Positions 1 through 12,494 of a stretch of 64,000 nt of DNA are shown here, in pieces. This DNA comes from Leucoraja erinacea (taxonomy: Eukaryota), in assembly GCF_028641065.1 (NCBI RefSeq), contig NC_073401.1:22878001-22942000 (forward strand), read 5' to 3'. Numbering within the stretch: position 1 is the first letter of the stretch; each line of letters starts with the position of its first letter. A program made the translations under genes and the position numbers. The notes beneath the pieces are model-generated. The model searched no databases. It was not told the origin of the DNA and was given only the letters and a program-made list of their open reading frames with translations.

Positions 1-208
1 CTTTAGAATATAGCATGGAAATAAGCCCTTCTGCGCCGATCAGATCGCTCTGTACACTAGTACTATCCTACACACTAGGAACAATTTACTATTCAGTGAA
101 ACTAATTAACCTACAAACCTGTACATTTTTATAATATTCCTCTACCCTGTTTAGAATATTACCTTCATGTCAGCAGTGCATCATTTAACTAAGGGACCTG
201 ACATTTAT

Positions 209-500
209 TAGTTTAGTTTAGAAATGCAGCTTGGGAGCAGGCCCTTCGGCCCACTGAGTCCGTGCTGACCAACAATCTTTGCACACGAATACTATCCTAC
301 ACACCCTAGGGCCAATTTACAATTTTAGCAAACAAATTAGCCTAAAAACCTGTTTGTCTTTGGAGTGCGGCAGGAAACCAGAGATCCTGGAGAAAACCCA
401 TGTAGTAACAGGGAAAACATACCCACTCCGTACAGACAGCACCTGTAGCCAGGATTGAATGTGGGTCTCTGGCGCTGTAAAGCAGCAACTCCACTGTGCT
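209..500 (-). mobile_element. HE1-like tRNA-derived SINE
   Basis: (TTTAG)n tail and body shared with copies at 17145-17457, 24360-24625 and 33098-33405. Confidence 0.75.
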
Positions 501-1165
501 GGACTAAACCGGAACTGCTATGTATTTCCAGCATTTTCTCTTTTTTACCAGACCTGCACTTTTTATAATGTTCTTCTACCCTGTAGAGAATATTACCTTC
601 ATGTAAATAGTACATTATTTAACTAAAGGACCTGACACTGCTCTGCAGAAATTCATTTGCTAATTGTGTGATCCTCCTGCAAGTTAAACAATGCCGTGAT
701 TTGCCCCATTGCTCCTTGCTGTTGAATTCCTGTGGCTCCGATATGCACATTCATTTTTTTCATTCCAGCCCCAGGCATTTTGATCATGCCCTTATTGTGT
801 ATACTAATTTCCTCACTCTACCTGTCAAAGGGAATCATTTCCTAAGTCACCTAGTGAATGTTATCATTTAATTAAGAAGGTGGATGATGGGGAATGATGA
901 GTTTTGCCGAGGATGATTGGTGTGTGATTGGAATTAAACATTTGCTGTTGATAGGGCTCTTAAAGATAGCGGAGTCGGGGGATATGGGGAGAAGGCAGAA
1001 ACGGGATACTGATTGTGGATGATCAGCCATGATCACATTGAATGGTGGTGCTGGCTCGAAGGGCCGAATAGCCTACTCCTGCACCTATTGTGTATTGTCT
1101 ATTGATAACACTTATTTAACAACATTAATTCTCATTATTTAAAATAGTTGTTGCTTTCTCCCCAG

Positions 1166-1255
1166 GAGAGTCGGGGCTTGGGAAGTCTACTTTAGTCAAG
1201 AGCCTCTTCTTCCTTACAGATCTTTACAAAGACAGGAAGCTTCTCAATGCTGAAG
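1166..1255 (+). CDS. SEPTIN5: Septin-5 exon (P-loop; [30 protein letters not shown])
   Basis: Acceptor tctccccag and donor gtaag; G1 motif. Confidence 0.93.
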
Positions 1256-4200
1256 GTAAGAATCCTTCTCTATTTTGACCAACCACTACACAACCACATA
1301 CCTTGCACCACAAGCCACCTTCACACTCACCCACCATTGACGTTTTGCCTCCTCCATCACCCAACAGAAGTCAAGTGTCCAGCTGTTGGAAAATGTTGCC
1401 ATTCAATTTGCAGGGAAAAGTCACAGTGGTCTAGCAGTTGCTGTTACTCCACAATGCTAAGGTTGCTAATATTATATACTTTTGGTCAACTGGTTTGTGG
1501 TCAGACTTAGTGGCATGCTGCCAATGGATGTTTTTCAAACAAAAGCGTTTAATCTTTGTAATGAAATGTATAATGACATCATTTGATTAGTGCCATTGTT
1601 TTTATCTAATACCTGAGTAAGAACTCCATAATGATGTTGAGTCCTATCCTGAGAAACCTTTCTCCACTCAACGTGTTCTTACACTACTTGTGCCTCAGAT
1701 CCTCATGAACGAGGAACCAATCGAGAGGTTGAATAATAGGAACAAAGACATTGTGAGATCAGACATCTTGTCTTTCTGCATGCGATTGAAACATACTGGG
1801 ATTTAGTTAAAAGTGATGAATTGAGCAAGAAAAAATAATGCAACTGAAATCACATCCACTTGTTTCTAATGCTGAGACATTGTTAGTTATTGCCTATAAC
1901 GCACCATTAAATGTCCGACTGGTCCTCGGCTTAAACTGAACCTCGATTCCATAAGGATAATTCTGCACTGCTAGGAATGTGAAGTTCTTTGCTCTGAAAT
2001 AGTAACCATTTCATGCATATCCCCATACACTGCCTGCCAATCTGATTGATACGAAAAACTGTAGTAACTTAGCGGGTCAGACAGAATCTCTGGAGAAAAG
2101 TAATGGGTGACATTTTGGGTCTCGACCCGAAACGTCACCTATTCCTTTTCTCCAGAGATGCTGCCTGTCCTGCTGAGTTATTCCAGTTTTTTTGTCTATC
2201 TTTGGTTGAAACCAGCATCTGCAGTTCCTTCCTACACAATCTGAATGATACACTGTGATGTGTATCATTCTCAGCTAAATTGGATGAAAACTCTTGAAAA
2301 CTGGTTAGGGGAAAGATAATTTTTTCTTGATAATAAAAAACGTGCATTATTAATGGGAGTCCTTGTGGTCACATAAATGCAATCAATGGCTGTCGGCACT
2401 TATGGGAACCCAGCAATGCTAACCAATCACAATGACAAAGATAGATGAGACTATTAAAATCAATATTGATCAAATATTTTTTTCTGATGACTTCTCTGAT
2501 GGTGAGAGTGCAGTAATAAAAATAGAAAATACTGAAATTGGTCAGCTGATCATGTAGCAACTATTGGAAGAGAAACATTTCAAGTGCAAGACCTTTCATG
2601 CAATTATTCCACAGATGCTGCAGGACTTGCTTAACATTTCTCTCATTTTCTGTTTTTCTTTCATATTTCTGGCCTCTGCAAATTTTTCCATTCATAATTA
2701 TTATTCCATTCATAATAATAATTTTCAATGGTGTTAATGACGATCACAAACTAATCAGATATCTTTGATTCCTCAAAATTGGACAATGCATTAATCAGTC
2801 AGTGGATGAGCAGGATGATTGCAATATATTATTTACATTTGCCCTCACATTTTCCTCATCTTTACTTCACAGAGAGGATCAATCAAACAGTGGAGATTTT
2901 AAAACACACAGTGGACATTGAAGAGAAAGGTGTTAAATTAAAGTTGACGATAGTTGATACGCCTGGATTTGGCGATGCAGTCAACAACATACAAAGGTAC
3001 GTTTTTGTGATGCCAATGGTGATTTCCTTACAAAAGCGACAGGCATGTGGAACTGTTTCCAAGGAACAGGATGATAGAAGGTTTCAAAACTCAGAATGGT
3101 GGATATTATTTTCCTCAAGCATGGATTTAAAGGGTAATATATCCAAGCTGGGTTAAGATAATTAATCTTCCATGAACCATCTGAATAATATAGAAACATA
3201 GATACATAGAAACATAGAAAATAGGTGCAGGAGTAGGCAATTCGGCCCTTCGAGCCTGCACTGCCATTTAATATGATCATGGCTGATCATCCAACTCGGT
3301 ATCCTGTACCTGCCTTCTCTCCATACCCCCTGATCCCTTTAGCCACAAGGGCCACATCTAACTCCCTCTTAAATATAGCCAATGAACTGGCCTCAACTAC
3401 CTTCTGTGGCAGAGAATTCCACAGATTCACCACTCTCCGTGTGAAATTTATTTTTCTCATCTCGGTCCTAAAAGACTTCCCCCTTATCCTTAAACTGTGG
3501 CCTCTTGTTCTGGACTTCCCCAACATCGGGAATAATCTTCCTGTATCTAGCCCGCCCAACCCCTTAAGAATTTTGTAAGTTTCTATAAGATCCCCCCTCA
3601 ATCTTCTAAATTCTAGCGAGTACAAGCCGAGTCTATCCAGTCTTTCTTCATATGAAAGTCCTGACATCCCAGGAATCAGTCTGGTGAACCTTCTCTGTAC
3701 TCCCTCGATGGCAAGAATATGCAAGGTGCAACCAGCTGAATAGCCCACATCTGAACATCTGTAAGTGAATATTACACAGTTGGATTCAGGTCATTTGTTC
3801 CAAAATGTTTGCATCAATGTTTAAGCTGTATCGCAGCATAAACCTTAATTCATCATCGTGCCTTATCTTTGTATCATATTGGCCTGGAGGTTTTTGGTCG
3901 TAACAATGGAAAATCACCAACAGTTGCCGACATTACTCTGAGGAACTGAGATCGCTGTTGAATGCACAATTTAGGATGACAGTACCAGCGTACTTCCCTC
4001 AGAGTGTTTGCAGTCATGAATACTGGAGTCAAGGGAAGTGACTGAAACTGGTGTGATGGTAAGCTGTCTACAAACAAGATCATCATGATTATGGGGAAAG
4101 GTTAGAACAATGGCATCAACCATGAATGGCAGAGCAGGTAGAAGAGGCTGAGCTGCCTACTCCTGTTTCCCCTTCTTATAGGTCTTTAGGTCTAAACATA

Positions 4201-7200
4201 ACCTAAAATGTTATGCAGTTGTTCCTTGATACCTGTGAGTATTGAATGCTTTACTAACCAGCATGGTATGCAGATGTATTAATGGCCCCTGTGGGCGCTG
4301 ATGAATTTCTCTATCGTATTTATTGTTCTTAACAATACTAAAGTCTATATTTACCAGGCCTCTATATTAAAGTCAGTATTTCTACGAATATTGCCATGCA
4401 GTTATACATCAATCAACCTATATTTAAATGTCCTTTCAGTATCAGAGCAGTGAAATGTGTTTGTTTTGTTTGCCCAGACCAAGTCAACACTTAAACCTGT
4501 GCCTTCCTAAACAAACCAAGAGGGAATCTCACTGACTCTATTCTGATTTGCTGACATTTGCGAGCCAACGTTCCTTTAAAAGAGATCTCTTTCATTTCTC
4601 TTCTCCTTTTTTTTGTGGCAGCTGGAAGCCTATAGCGGACTATATTGACCAACAGTTCGAGCAGTATTTCCGTGATGAGAGTGGCCTAAATCGCAAGAAC
4701 ATTCAGGATAACCGTATCCACTGCTGCTTGTATTTTATCTCTCCCTATGGACACGGGTAAGAGCGAATGCAATTGATAGAGATTGAAGTAATCAGGAAGG
4801 AAATGACTTTCTGCAGTGTACTTGGGTTAGTTTCCCGCACTAAATGCGATCAAGGGGCAAGGCAAGTAAAGTTTAATGATGTGTCATCAGCCACATTCAC
4901 AGCCCAATGTGTTGATTGGGAGTGAAGGAGAGCCTCTCTTGAGAATAATGTCACCAGGATTTTATTGAACTTTCTGTATTTGATTTCTTAGTCTCGGGTG
5001 AGTTTATGGTCTGCATTTTGCCTTGCAGAAGAGCTTGTCATTTGTTTTAGAGATGCTCCAGCTATCTGAAGGTATTTTAGGTTGTCTTGTGAGTTATAGA
5101 CAGGCCGGTGTTCTGTAATTAATTTATTATGCTTTACCTTTGAGAGAGAATTGAAAGGGTTTACATATTAGACTGTACTATGGTTGTTTTACAGTGGGTC
5201 CAGTCCTGGGCTAATTGTGTCTGATTGTTCTTTGAGACAATTGTGTAAGACATTGGCAGAGAAATCAGTGGTTCATGCAGTCTCTTGTGGAAGAGACTGC
5301 ACGAGAAGCTAAATCTGCATTTCTTTACATCTTATTACGGGACTTCGAAAAACAGCACTGCTCCTTGTATCATTGGAACCACTATCCACTTGCAGACGGC
5401 CCATGGTTAGCCTTTGAGATTAGATTTGTCCTTCACTGTGATTGTACTTTCTCTGGAGATGCTTGGTCTATGGAGGTGGGGAGGGATAGTCCGCCCACTG
5501 TGAGTGTAATTTATTCCATCTGCTTGGATATAGACTGCGGCCACTGGACACGGAGTTTATGAAAGCGTTACATCAGAAAGTGAACATTGTACCAATAATT
5601 GCAAAAGCTGACTCGCTCACTCCCATCGAGGTGAAGAAACTCAAAGAGAGGGTGAGAAAAATCATTCATAATATAAGTGCCTCAGAGATTAAAAAAGCAG
5701 AACATAAAATTCAGCTGCCACAGGCAAAAAGCACATCCTCCATATTATTGGTGTTATTAATATCCCAGGAAGTATGTCACATTGTCACCAACAAACTGTG
5801 CTATCAACAGCCCATATTGCTAGTCATTCACAAATACCATCTGGTTTGGAATTCCATTACAGCTGCAACATTGACATTTAAAGACAATGTGGAAAATTGC
5901 CCAGATAACTAATTTTAACAAGCTAATTATTGCCCAATCAGTCTTCTCTCAGCGATGCATCATCTGCACAAGATATTCCCCAACATTGTCAAGCGGTAGA
6001 GACAATCCGGGCATTAAACCCAACGCCTGGTCAACCTGGTCAGCGTTTACCAGCATCCACACTTTTTCAGTCTTGCAGCCATTATTTTGCAATCTCAGGT
6101 CCTTTGATGATTCCCCAGCCATTGCCCCATCCTCACTGCTCAGTTCACCAGCTCTGCAACATTTTAAATCCATTTCATAGCTTGCGCTTATAGTTTCACT
6201 GACTGTGAAACATTGTGAAACACAGCACGCTGTGGTCTGTTGGTTCCTAAACCCAAACTCATCCCTACATTTGCTGCCAAGGCCTCCACCCATATAATCA
6301 GTAGGTCAGGCCACATCTGTGGGGAGCAAAATAGAGTTTGACATTAACTGTTTCTCTACCCGCAGATGTGGCCAAACCTGCTGTGTATTTCCAGCATTTA
6401 AAATTTTTTATTTCGGATTTCTAGCATTTCCAATTTTTTTTACATTCTCACACAACCACCCCACATATCATGCTGCAAAAGCCTGGAACTTTTATGTTTC
6501 TCCACCAATTTTCCTAGCTTCATCAATGTCTTCACGAGTTACTCCTTTGTTTGGATTTTTGTCATGTCTGAAGTTCATGGTCTTGTTTGACTATGTCATA
6601 ATCATTGCTGTTCTTGTCAAATTGAATTTCTCAGCCTGGTTTATTAACTGGAACTCTACTCTGCTCTTCCTTGTTCCAATGTAGATAAGAGATGAAATTG
6701 AACAATACGGAATTAAAATATATCAATTTCCTGAATGTGACTCGGATGAAGATGACGAATTTAAAAAGCAAGATAAAGAACTAAAGGTAAATTGAAATTC
6801 AAGGAACGAGAGATTCAAGCAAAATGGTGGAAGTGGTGAATTTAGTTTTTAGAAAGAATCAGACTTTGATACAGCAGCAACAGATACTAGAGAAGGAAAT
6901 GATATGATGAGGACAGCTTCAGTGAAGTAACTCCAACTCTGATGCACTTGTTTCACTATATAACACATCCATGTTGCTATTCACTGGAGTTTTACTGTGT
7001 TCCTACCTGATGCAAATTCTGAGTGGAAACAGCGGGATCGTCCCCCATTCTACCTTCCCAGAGCTGAACAGGACTTTAATCCTGACCATCATTGTATTTG
7101 CCTGGGCTCAGAACACAGACTAATATAATAGACCTGATATAATGCAATGCTCTATATCCATGAGGATCGCAACGTTACGAAGAAGATACAGATTTGTAAA

Positions 7201-10200
7201 AGGATTTGATCTTTATACTTATCTGTTGATAAACTTTGGAATCAATTCTGATTTGATTGTTATTGGGAGAGGTAATATTTTGTGATAGAGTCTATAATTA
7301 TGGCCCAGTGTGCCATTAGAAGCAGGAACATATTCTTATATTAATTCATTGTTTTCTCATAGGAGACATTAGGACAAACCATTCAGTGGGATGAGGCATT
7401 TATTAAACCTGTGTTGGTCTTATTATTAAATATATTTTTCAATGAGATATTCCATTGTCTTTCCTTCACTTTTCATTTTTATTAATCCTCCTTAATATAA
7501 TTTCCTACTTCTGAATGGTTACAGGAAAGCATTCCCTTTGCAGTCATCGGCAGCAACACGGTGGTGGAAGCTCGAGGTCAGAGGGTCCGTGGCCGACTGT
7601 ATCCATGGGGCATTGTAGAAGGTGAGCAAGCTCAGGGAAGGAGGGGAAGGAGAGGCAGCCTAACTTGCCCTGCTCCAGAGAGGCCCTGACATGTGAGCGT
7701 TTTAAATCTTAAAGTAGAGGAGAAAACCCCCCCTTTCTCTTCTTGAATGGAATTTTTTGCAAGCATAACATATTAACAATAGGCTATTATCCAAGTGATA
7801 GATAGCAAAATAACTCAGTGGAAGAATGTAAAATATAGAGCACTTTCTAATTAATCTGACACTATTATACAAAAGGACATTGCCTGATATTAAACTAAGA
7901 TTAATACTTTACAGAATGTCACATTAATCCCCACTCGTGTTACCTTAGCCAAGAGAGTTGTATGGATGGCATCATCAGTTTTGTGCAAAATCGCTAGGAA
8001 ATGGATCAAATCAGCCACAGGAGAATGCAGATGCTGGAATTGTGATCAAAAAACCAAGTGCTGGAAGAACTCAGTGGGTCAGGCAGCATCTGTGAAGGAA
8101 TGGACAGACAGTGTTTTGACACCCTTCTTCAGACTGTTTGCAGTCGGGGAGAGAAAGCTAGAAAAGAGAGGTGAGGGTGGGACAAAGGTGATATGTGGAT
8201 ACAGATGAGGGGGGCTAATTGACAGATGGGTGTAAATGACAAAGACTAGAGGTGAAAAGGATACAAAAAGGTGTCAGATATGGAAAGAAGACAGGAGTGA
8301 AATGTGAAGTCAGAGGGAAGAATTTTGGTGGAAGGGAGCAGGGGGAAGAGAAGGATAGGGAGATAAATAGGAAAATTGGTAGAGGGATGGGAGATAAGCA
8401 CATGGAAGTGGGGATAGGAGCATGGTGACTGGGGTGGTGGGAAGTGGTGTAAATGTATGCAATGTTTTTAAAAAGGGGCATTATTTTTAATTGGTTAATT
8501 CTATATTCAAGCCACTTGTTTGTAAGCTGCCCAGGAGGAATATGATGTGCTTTTCTTCCGGTTTATGTGTGGTCTCACTTTGGCAATAGAGGACAGAAAG
8601 GTCAGCATGGGAATGGGAAGAGGACTTTAATAAATGATTAGCAACCGGGAGCTCCAGCCAGTCTTGGCAGGCAGCGTGCAAGTGTTCAGCAAAATGGTGA
8701 CTTGGTCTCTCCTATGTAAAAAAGACCACATCGAGAGCACAAAATGCATTCTGAATGAGGCGAACTCCCACAAAAGTATTATGTTCGCATCTGTACCATT
8801 CAGAGGCAAAGACTAGATTGATTGGGCTGACTGCTTTGGAGACACTTCGAGAAATTACATGTAGGTGTGTCTGAGGTTGTGCTTGTTTGGATAAAAGTCA
8901 AAGATACAATTTTCAACCTGGGCGTGCTCAATTTAAATCATGCCCAAACTAGCATCCCTTTTGTGAAATGTTTAGTTTTAATTCTCCACTCCCACTAATT
9001 TGTTTATTGCGAAATGCAAAAACTGTCAAGAGCCAATATTCAAGTCAAGTCAAGTCACATTTATTTATATAGCCCATTTTAAAAAACAACTCTCGTTGGC
9101 CAGTGCTTTACATGTGTTATAAGATGCTGGGCAGTGTTTTAAGACCTAATTAGTTATTCTGATTTTTTTACAAAGTATTCCATGACATACTAAAACATGC
9201 CAATAGTATGATTAGATTACGAAAGCTGAAAATGGGCTTACCACACACAAAAGGTATGCTCATTTTTGCACGTGGTTTTAGTGCAACATTTATGATAAAC
9301 TGATTCTAAATGTAATTTGCAATTTCAATGGGCACAGTGGTTAATTAATTAACATTTTAAACAAAAAAAATCATTCATAACGTTTAAATATTTTAGTGTC
9401 ATTGACTCCATATGAACCATTGTTACATTGTTGGATCCCAAGAATGTAAATGTATAAAAAGTAACAGCAGGCCATTTGACTTCTCATGGTACACAAAAAT
9501 GCTTGCTCTGCTATTCAATAAGATTGTGCCAGAAGCATAAATGCTGGTTCTTTAGGGTTTCCTCGAAATGTGCGGACAGTTAGGAGCAACATCTTTATGT
9601 CTGAAATGACAATAACACCATGTAACACTAGGACATCAATAAGATGAAAAGTGCAAAAAGGTCCACCTGAATTTTACTGTCCAAAGTAAAACTCAATTGA
9701 TTGAGGAAAAATAAGTAATTGACAATAGATTTCCTGATTACACATTTTTCAGAGTCAATATTTACCAGCCACTCCTTTACACTGAATTATTTTCACAGAG
9801 CATTTGCCTCGGTGCAGCATTACTGCCTCTGAGACAAAAGTTTCAGCACCACTTGCCCAGTATGGCTGAACCTCCACTTTGCAATATGAGTGAAATATTC
9901 AAGTCCAGTTGGTAGGGCTGGGTGGGGTGGATCTGGTATTGAGTGAGATTTCCTAAAGCTCTCCCCTGAACAGCACAGATGCAAGGAACTGCAGTTTTTC
10001 GGTTTTACAAAAAAACACAAAGTACTGGAGTAACTCAGCAGGTCAGGCGGCATCTCTGGAAGACATGGTGACGTTAGGTGACGTTTTGGGTCAGGGAACC
10101 TTCCTCAGACGTCATCTGACACTTCGTCATTGCAGTCAATAAATAACTAGCCTGAAGAATTGTTTCTTGATTATATTTCATTACAGTGGAGAACCAGGCA

Positions 10201-12171
10201 CACTGTGATTTTGTAAAACTGCGGAACATGCTGATCCGAACACACATGCAGGACCTGAAGGATGTTACCTGGGACATTCACTATGAGAACTTCAGAGCTC
10301 GGTGCATTCAGGAAATGACAAGGTTGGTTTTCTTTCTGCCCATCATTCACCCTCCCATCAGAGCAATGTTGAAACTGAATTTATCGTCAGCCAATTCCAC
10401 CTATTGTTTATTGCATTCATGATTTATCATGGATGCTGAATTAGGTTGACCTTTAGGTTTATTATTGTCATGTGTACTGATACGTTGAAAAGCTTTCATT
10501 TTGCATACTATAAAATAAGATAATATTAGACATAAATACAAGCAAGCCAAACTCAAGTGCAATAGTTAGAGTGAAGGGAAAGATGAAAAATGCAGGATAC
10601 AGTTCTCAGCATTATAGTGCAAGAACCACAGGATTGTCGGAATCATTTGGTTCATGCCTCATGCAAAGAAAAAAACATGCGGTCCTCTCTCAAAAATAGC
10701 TCTTTTAGGGTAGAATTTCCATGGAAGTTCTTATCAGTGAATTATACCATTTCCTTGAATTTTCACCACTCCTTTTCTGAGGACTCCTTGCAAGAATTGC
10801 TCTGCTAAAATTCATGGCTTTTCCAGACAAATTACAATGGTTCAATGAGTGGTCCTCAAATTCTCAAGGGTTTCCCACAAGTACTCTACGAGACACTGGT
10901 GAGGTTTTCGTGGAGGTATAGGGGATCGACACCAACCACCATGCTAAATTGTGGCCATTTTCTCGTTGGGGAGTTTCACTCAGTTCATGTTATCGTCATG
11001 TTTGGAAGTGTAGAATCGGAAGATCAGAAATTATTTTATTATTCCCAGTGTGACATTATAAAATTGCAAAGCCAGCTGAAAAAAAGCCACTGACTTTTCC
11101 ATTCTTTAATTTACACAGTAAATTGACCCAGGACAACCGAGCAGAAAGTCCGCTCCCCATACTCCCAGTGCCAACTCCGGATGCAGAGACAGAGAAACTG
11201 ATCAAAATGAAAGATGAAGAGGTGAGTGGCTGAAGTGTGAAGAGAGATGAGTGTCTGAGGTGTGAAATCCACATCATGTAACTGAATAGTCTGTGACAAT
11301 CTTGAGTCTGTTACTGGTGGCCAAATTCACCGAAAATATTTAATCCACATTTGTGATTTTACTGTTTAATTTTGGTTTGCTGTTCATTTTTTAATTGTTT
11401 TGAGACTTGACAGGAAGTAATCATTTGCAAATTAATCAAGATGAGATTTTGCCATGATTAGCTTGAATATGGAATCGCCAACAGTGGGCAGAGCCAGTTA
11501 AATAAAATTGGTGTTGCAATGTTGTTCTTTCCCAGCAATTAATTCATTCCCTGTGCTCCTGAGTAGTGACTGCTTATCTGGCTATAAATAATCTACAATT
11601 TCGAATTTCAGCCAGATATTAAACTGGATTTGCAAATGTATTGCCCAACATAGGAACCACTCAAATTGGTTTCCCATTGAATCATCAGAAGGTAAAACTG
11701 GACAGATGAAAGTAAACAAGGCCTATCCACACAAGAATTTGGAAACTTGGATTGTAACTTGAATATTAGCCTTTGGTCTCTGATTTGACCAGGGAATCAA
11801 GTTGTTATTAAGTAATCTCCTTATCATAGATGTTGAGGTAATTTCTTATGTTATCTGCCAGTTCTCAGTGTATTTGAATATAATTTAATTTCACATAGTA
11901 TTCAATTTATGCAAACTCAGCTGTTTGCATTTTTCATTATCTGAATAATATGAATGTTCCCAAGCGTTTTAGACACTCATAATCCTAGTATAAGGGATGC
12001 GTGGTTGTTGAACCAGTGTGTATTGTTCAATGATGGAAAAACCACTGCTGCTGCCTGTTGCTAGTGTGTATCAGTACGCAATAGAGCTCAGTAATTACAC
12101 CTTCCTTTCTGCAGCTCCGGCGAATGCAGGAAATGTTGCAACGAATGCAACAGCAAATGCAAGATCAGTGA
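1166..12171 (+). CDS. SEPTIN5: Septin-5, 5'-partial. Coding exons 1166-1255, 2873-2996, 4622-4756, 5534-5651, 6685-6786, 7525-7621, 10187-10322, 11119-11221, 12115-12171 (stop TGA); upstream exons lie before the window
   Basis: Introns are GT-AG and exon phases are consistent (1/1/2/2/0/0/1/2/0). The spliced product has the P-loop GESGLGKS, G3 DTPG, G4 AKAD and the septin unique element ([16 protein letters not shown]). The C-terminus [52 protein letters not shown] is typical of SEPT5, and GP1BB lies downstream as in other vertebrates. Confidence 0.96.
2873..2996 (+). CDS. SEPTIN5: Septin-5 exon ([41 protein letters not shown])
   Basis: Acceptor cttcacag and donor gtacg; G3 motif. Confidence 0.95.
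3190..3717 (-). mobile_element. CR1/HER1-like LINE 3' fragment
   Basis: ORF 3287-3748 carries the CR1 C-terminal motif [39 protein letters not shown]; (TTCTATGT)n tail. Confidence 0.9.
4622..4756 (+). CDS. SEPTIN5: Septin-5 exon ([45 protein letters not shown])
   Basis: Acceptor ggcag and donor gtaag. Confidence 0.95.
5534..5651 (+). CDS. SEPTIN5: Septin-5 exon ([39 protein letters not shown])
   Basis: Acceptor atag and donor gtgag; G4 AKAD. Confidence 0.95.
6685..6786 (+). CDS. SEPTIN5: Septin-5 exon ([34 protein letters not shown])
   Basis: Acceptor gtag and donor gtaaa; not in the ORF track, translated by hand. Confidence 0.94.
7525..7621 (+). CDS. SEPTIN5: Septin-5 exon ([32 protein letters not shown])
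   Basis: Acceptor ttacag and donor gtgag; translated by hand. Confidence 0.95.
8010..8770 (-). mobile_element. Penelope-like element remnant (GIY-YIG endonuclease C-terminus plus terminal repeat)
   Basis: ORF 8487-8681 reads [35 protein letters not shown], the PLE endonuclease tail. It is followed on the - strand by a terminal segment with a decayed CTGAAGAAGGG motif. Confidence 0.75.
10187..10322 (+). CDS. SEPTIN5: Septin-5 exon ([45 protein letters not shown])
   Basis: Acceptor ttacag and donor gttgg; septin unique element. Confidence 0.95.
11119..11221 (+). CDS. SEPTIN5: Septin-5 exon ([34 protein letters not shown])
   Basis: Acceptor acacag and donor gtgag. Confidence 0.93.
12115..12171 (+). 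CDS. SEPTIN5: Septin-5 last coding exon ([18 protein letters not shown])
   Basis: Acceptor ctttctgcag; TGA at 12169-12171. Confidence 0.94.
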   Translation, partial: LRRMQEMLQRMQQQMQDQ

Positions 12172-12488
12172 GTGATGGACTGAGACTGAGCAAAGAACAA
12201 AGACTCACCACTTCAACCAAATCCAACTGGCGTGAGGAAGGTGACACAAGGCGCAGGGCGAGCCCCTGGGGGAAATGCACTGTACAGAACGTGTCATGTG
12301 TTTCCTGTTATACTCTAGAGACAGCTCAAGGGTCACCTTGTGTCTGGCCTACCCTGTATAGTGCCACCATATAATTTACATATCCTGCTTGTTTGTCTGG
12401 GTTTGTATTTAATATCTTGTCAGTACAATTTAACAACATTCAGAGGGATATCTACATTGGAATGCGTATGTGGAAAATACTCTTTACT

Positions 12489-12494
12489 AATAAA
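12489..12494 (+). terminator. Candidate SEPT5 polyadenylation signal AATAAA (alternative at 14915-14920)
   Basis: Canonical hexamer about 320 nt after the stop, followed by a GT/T-rich tract. Confidence 0.4.
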
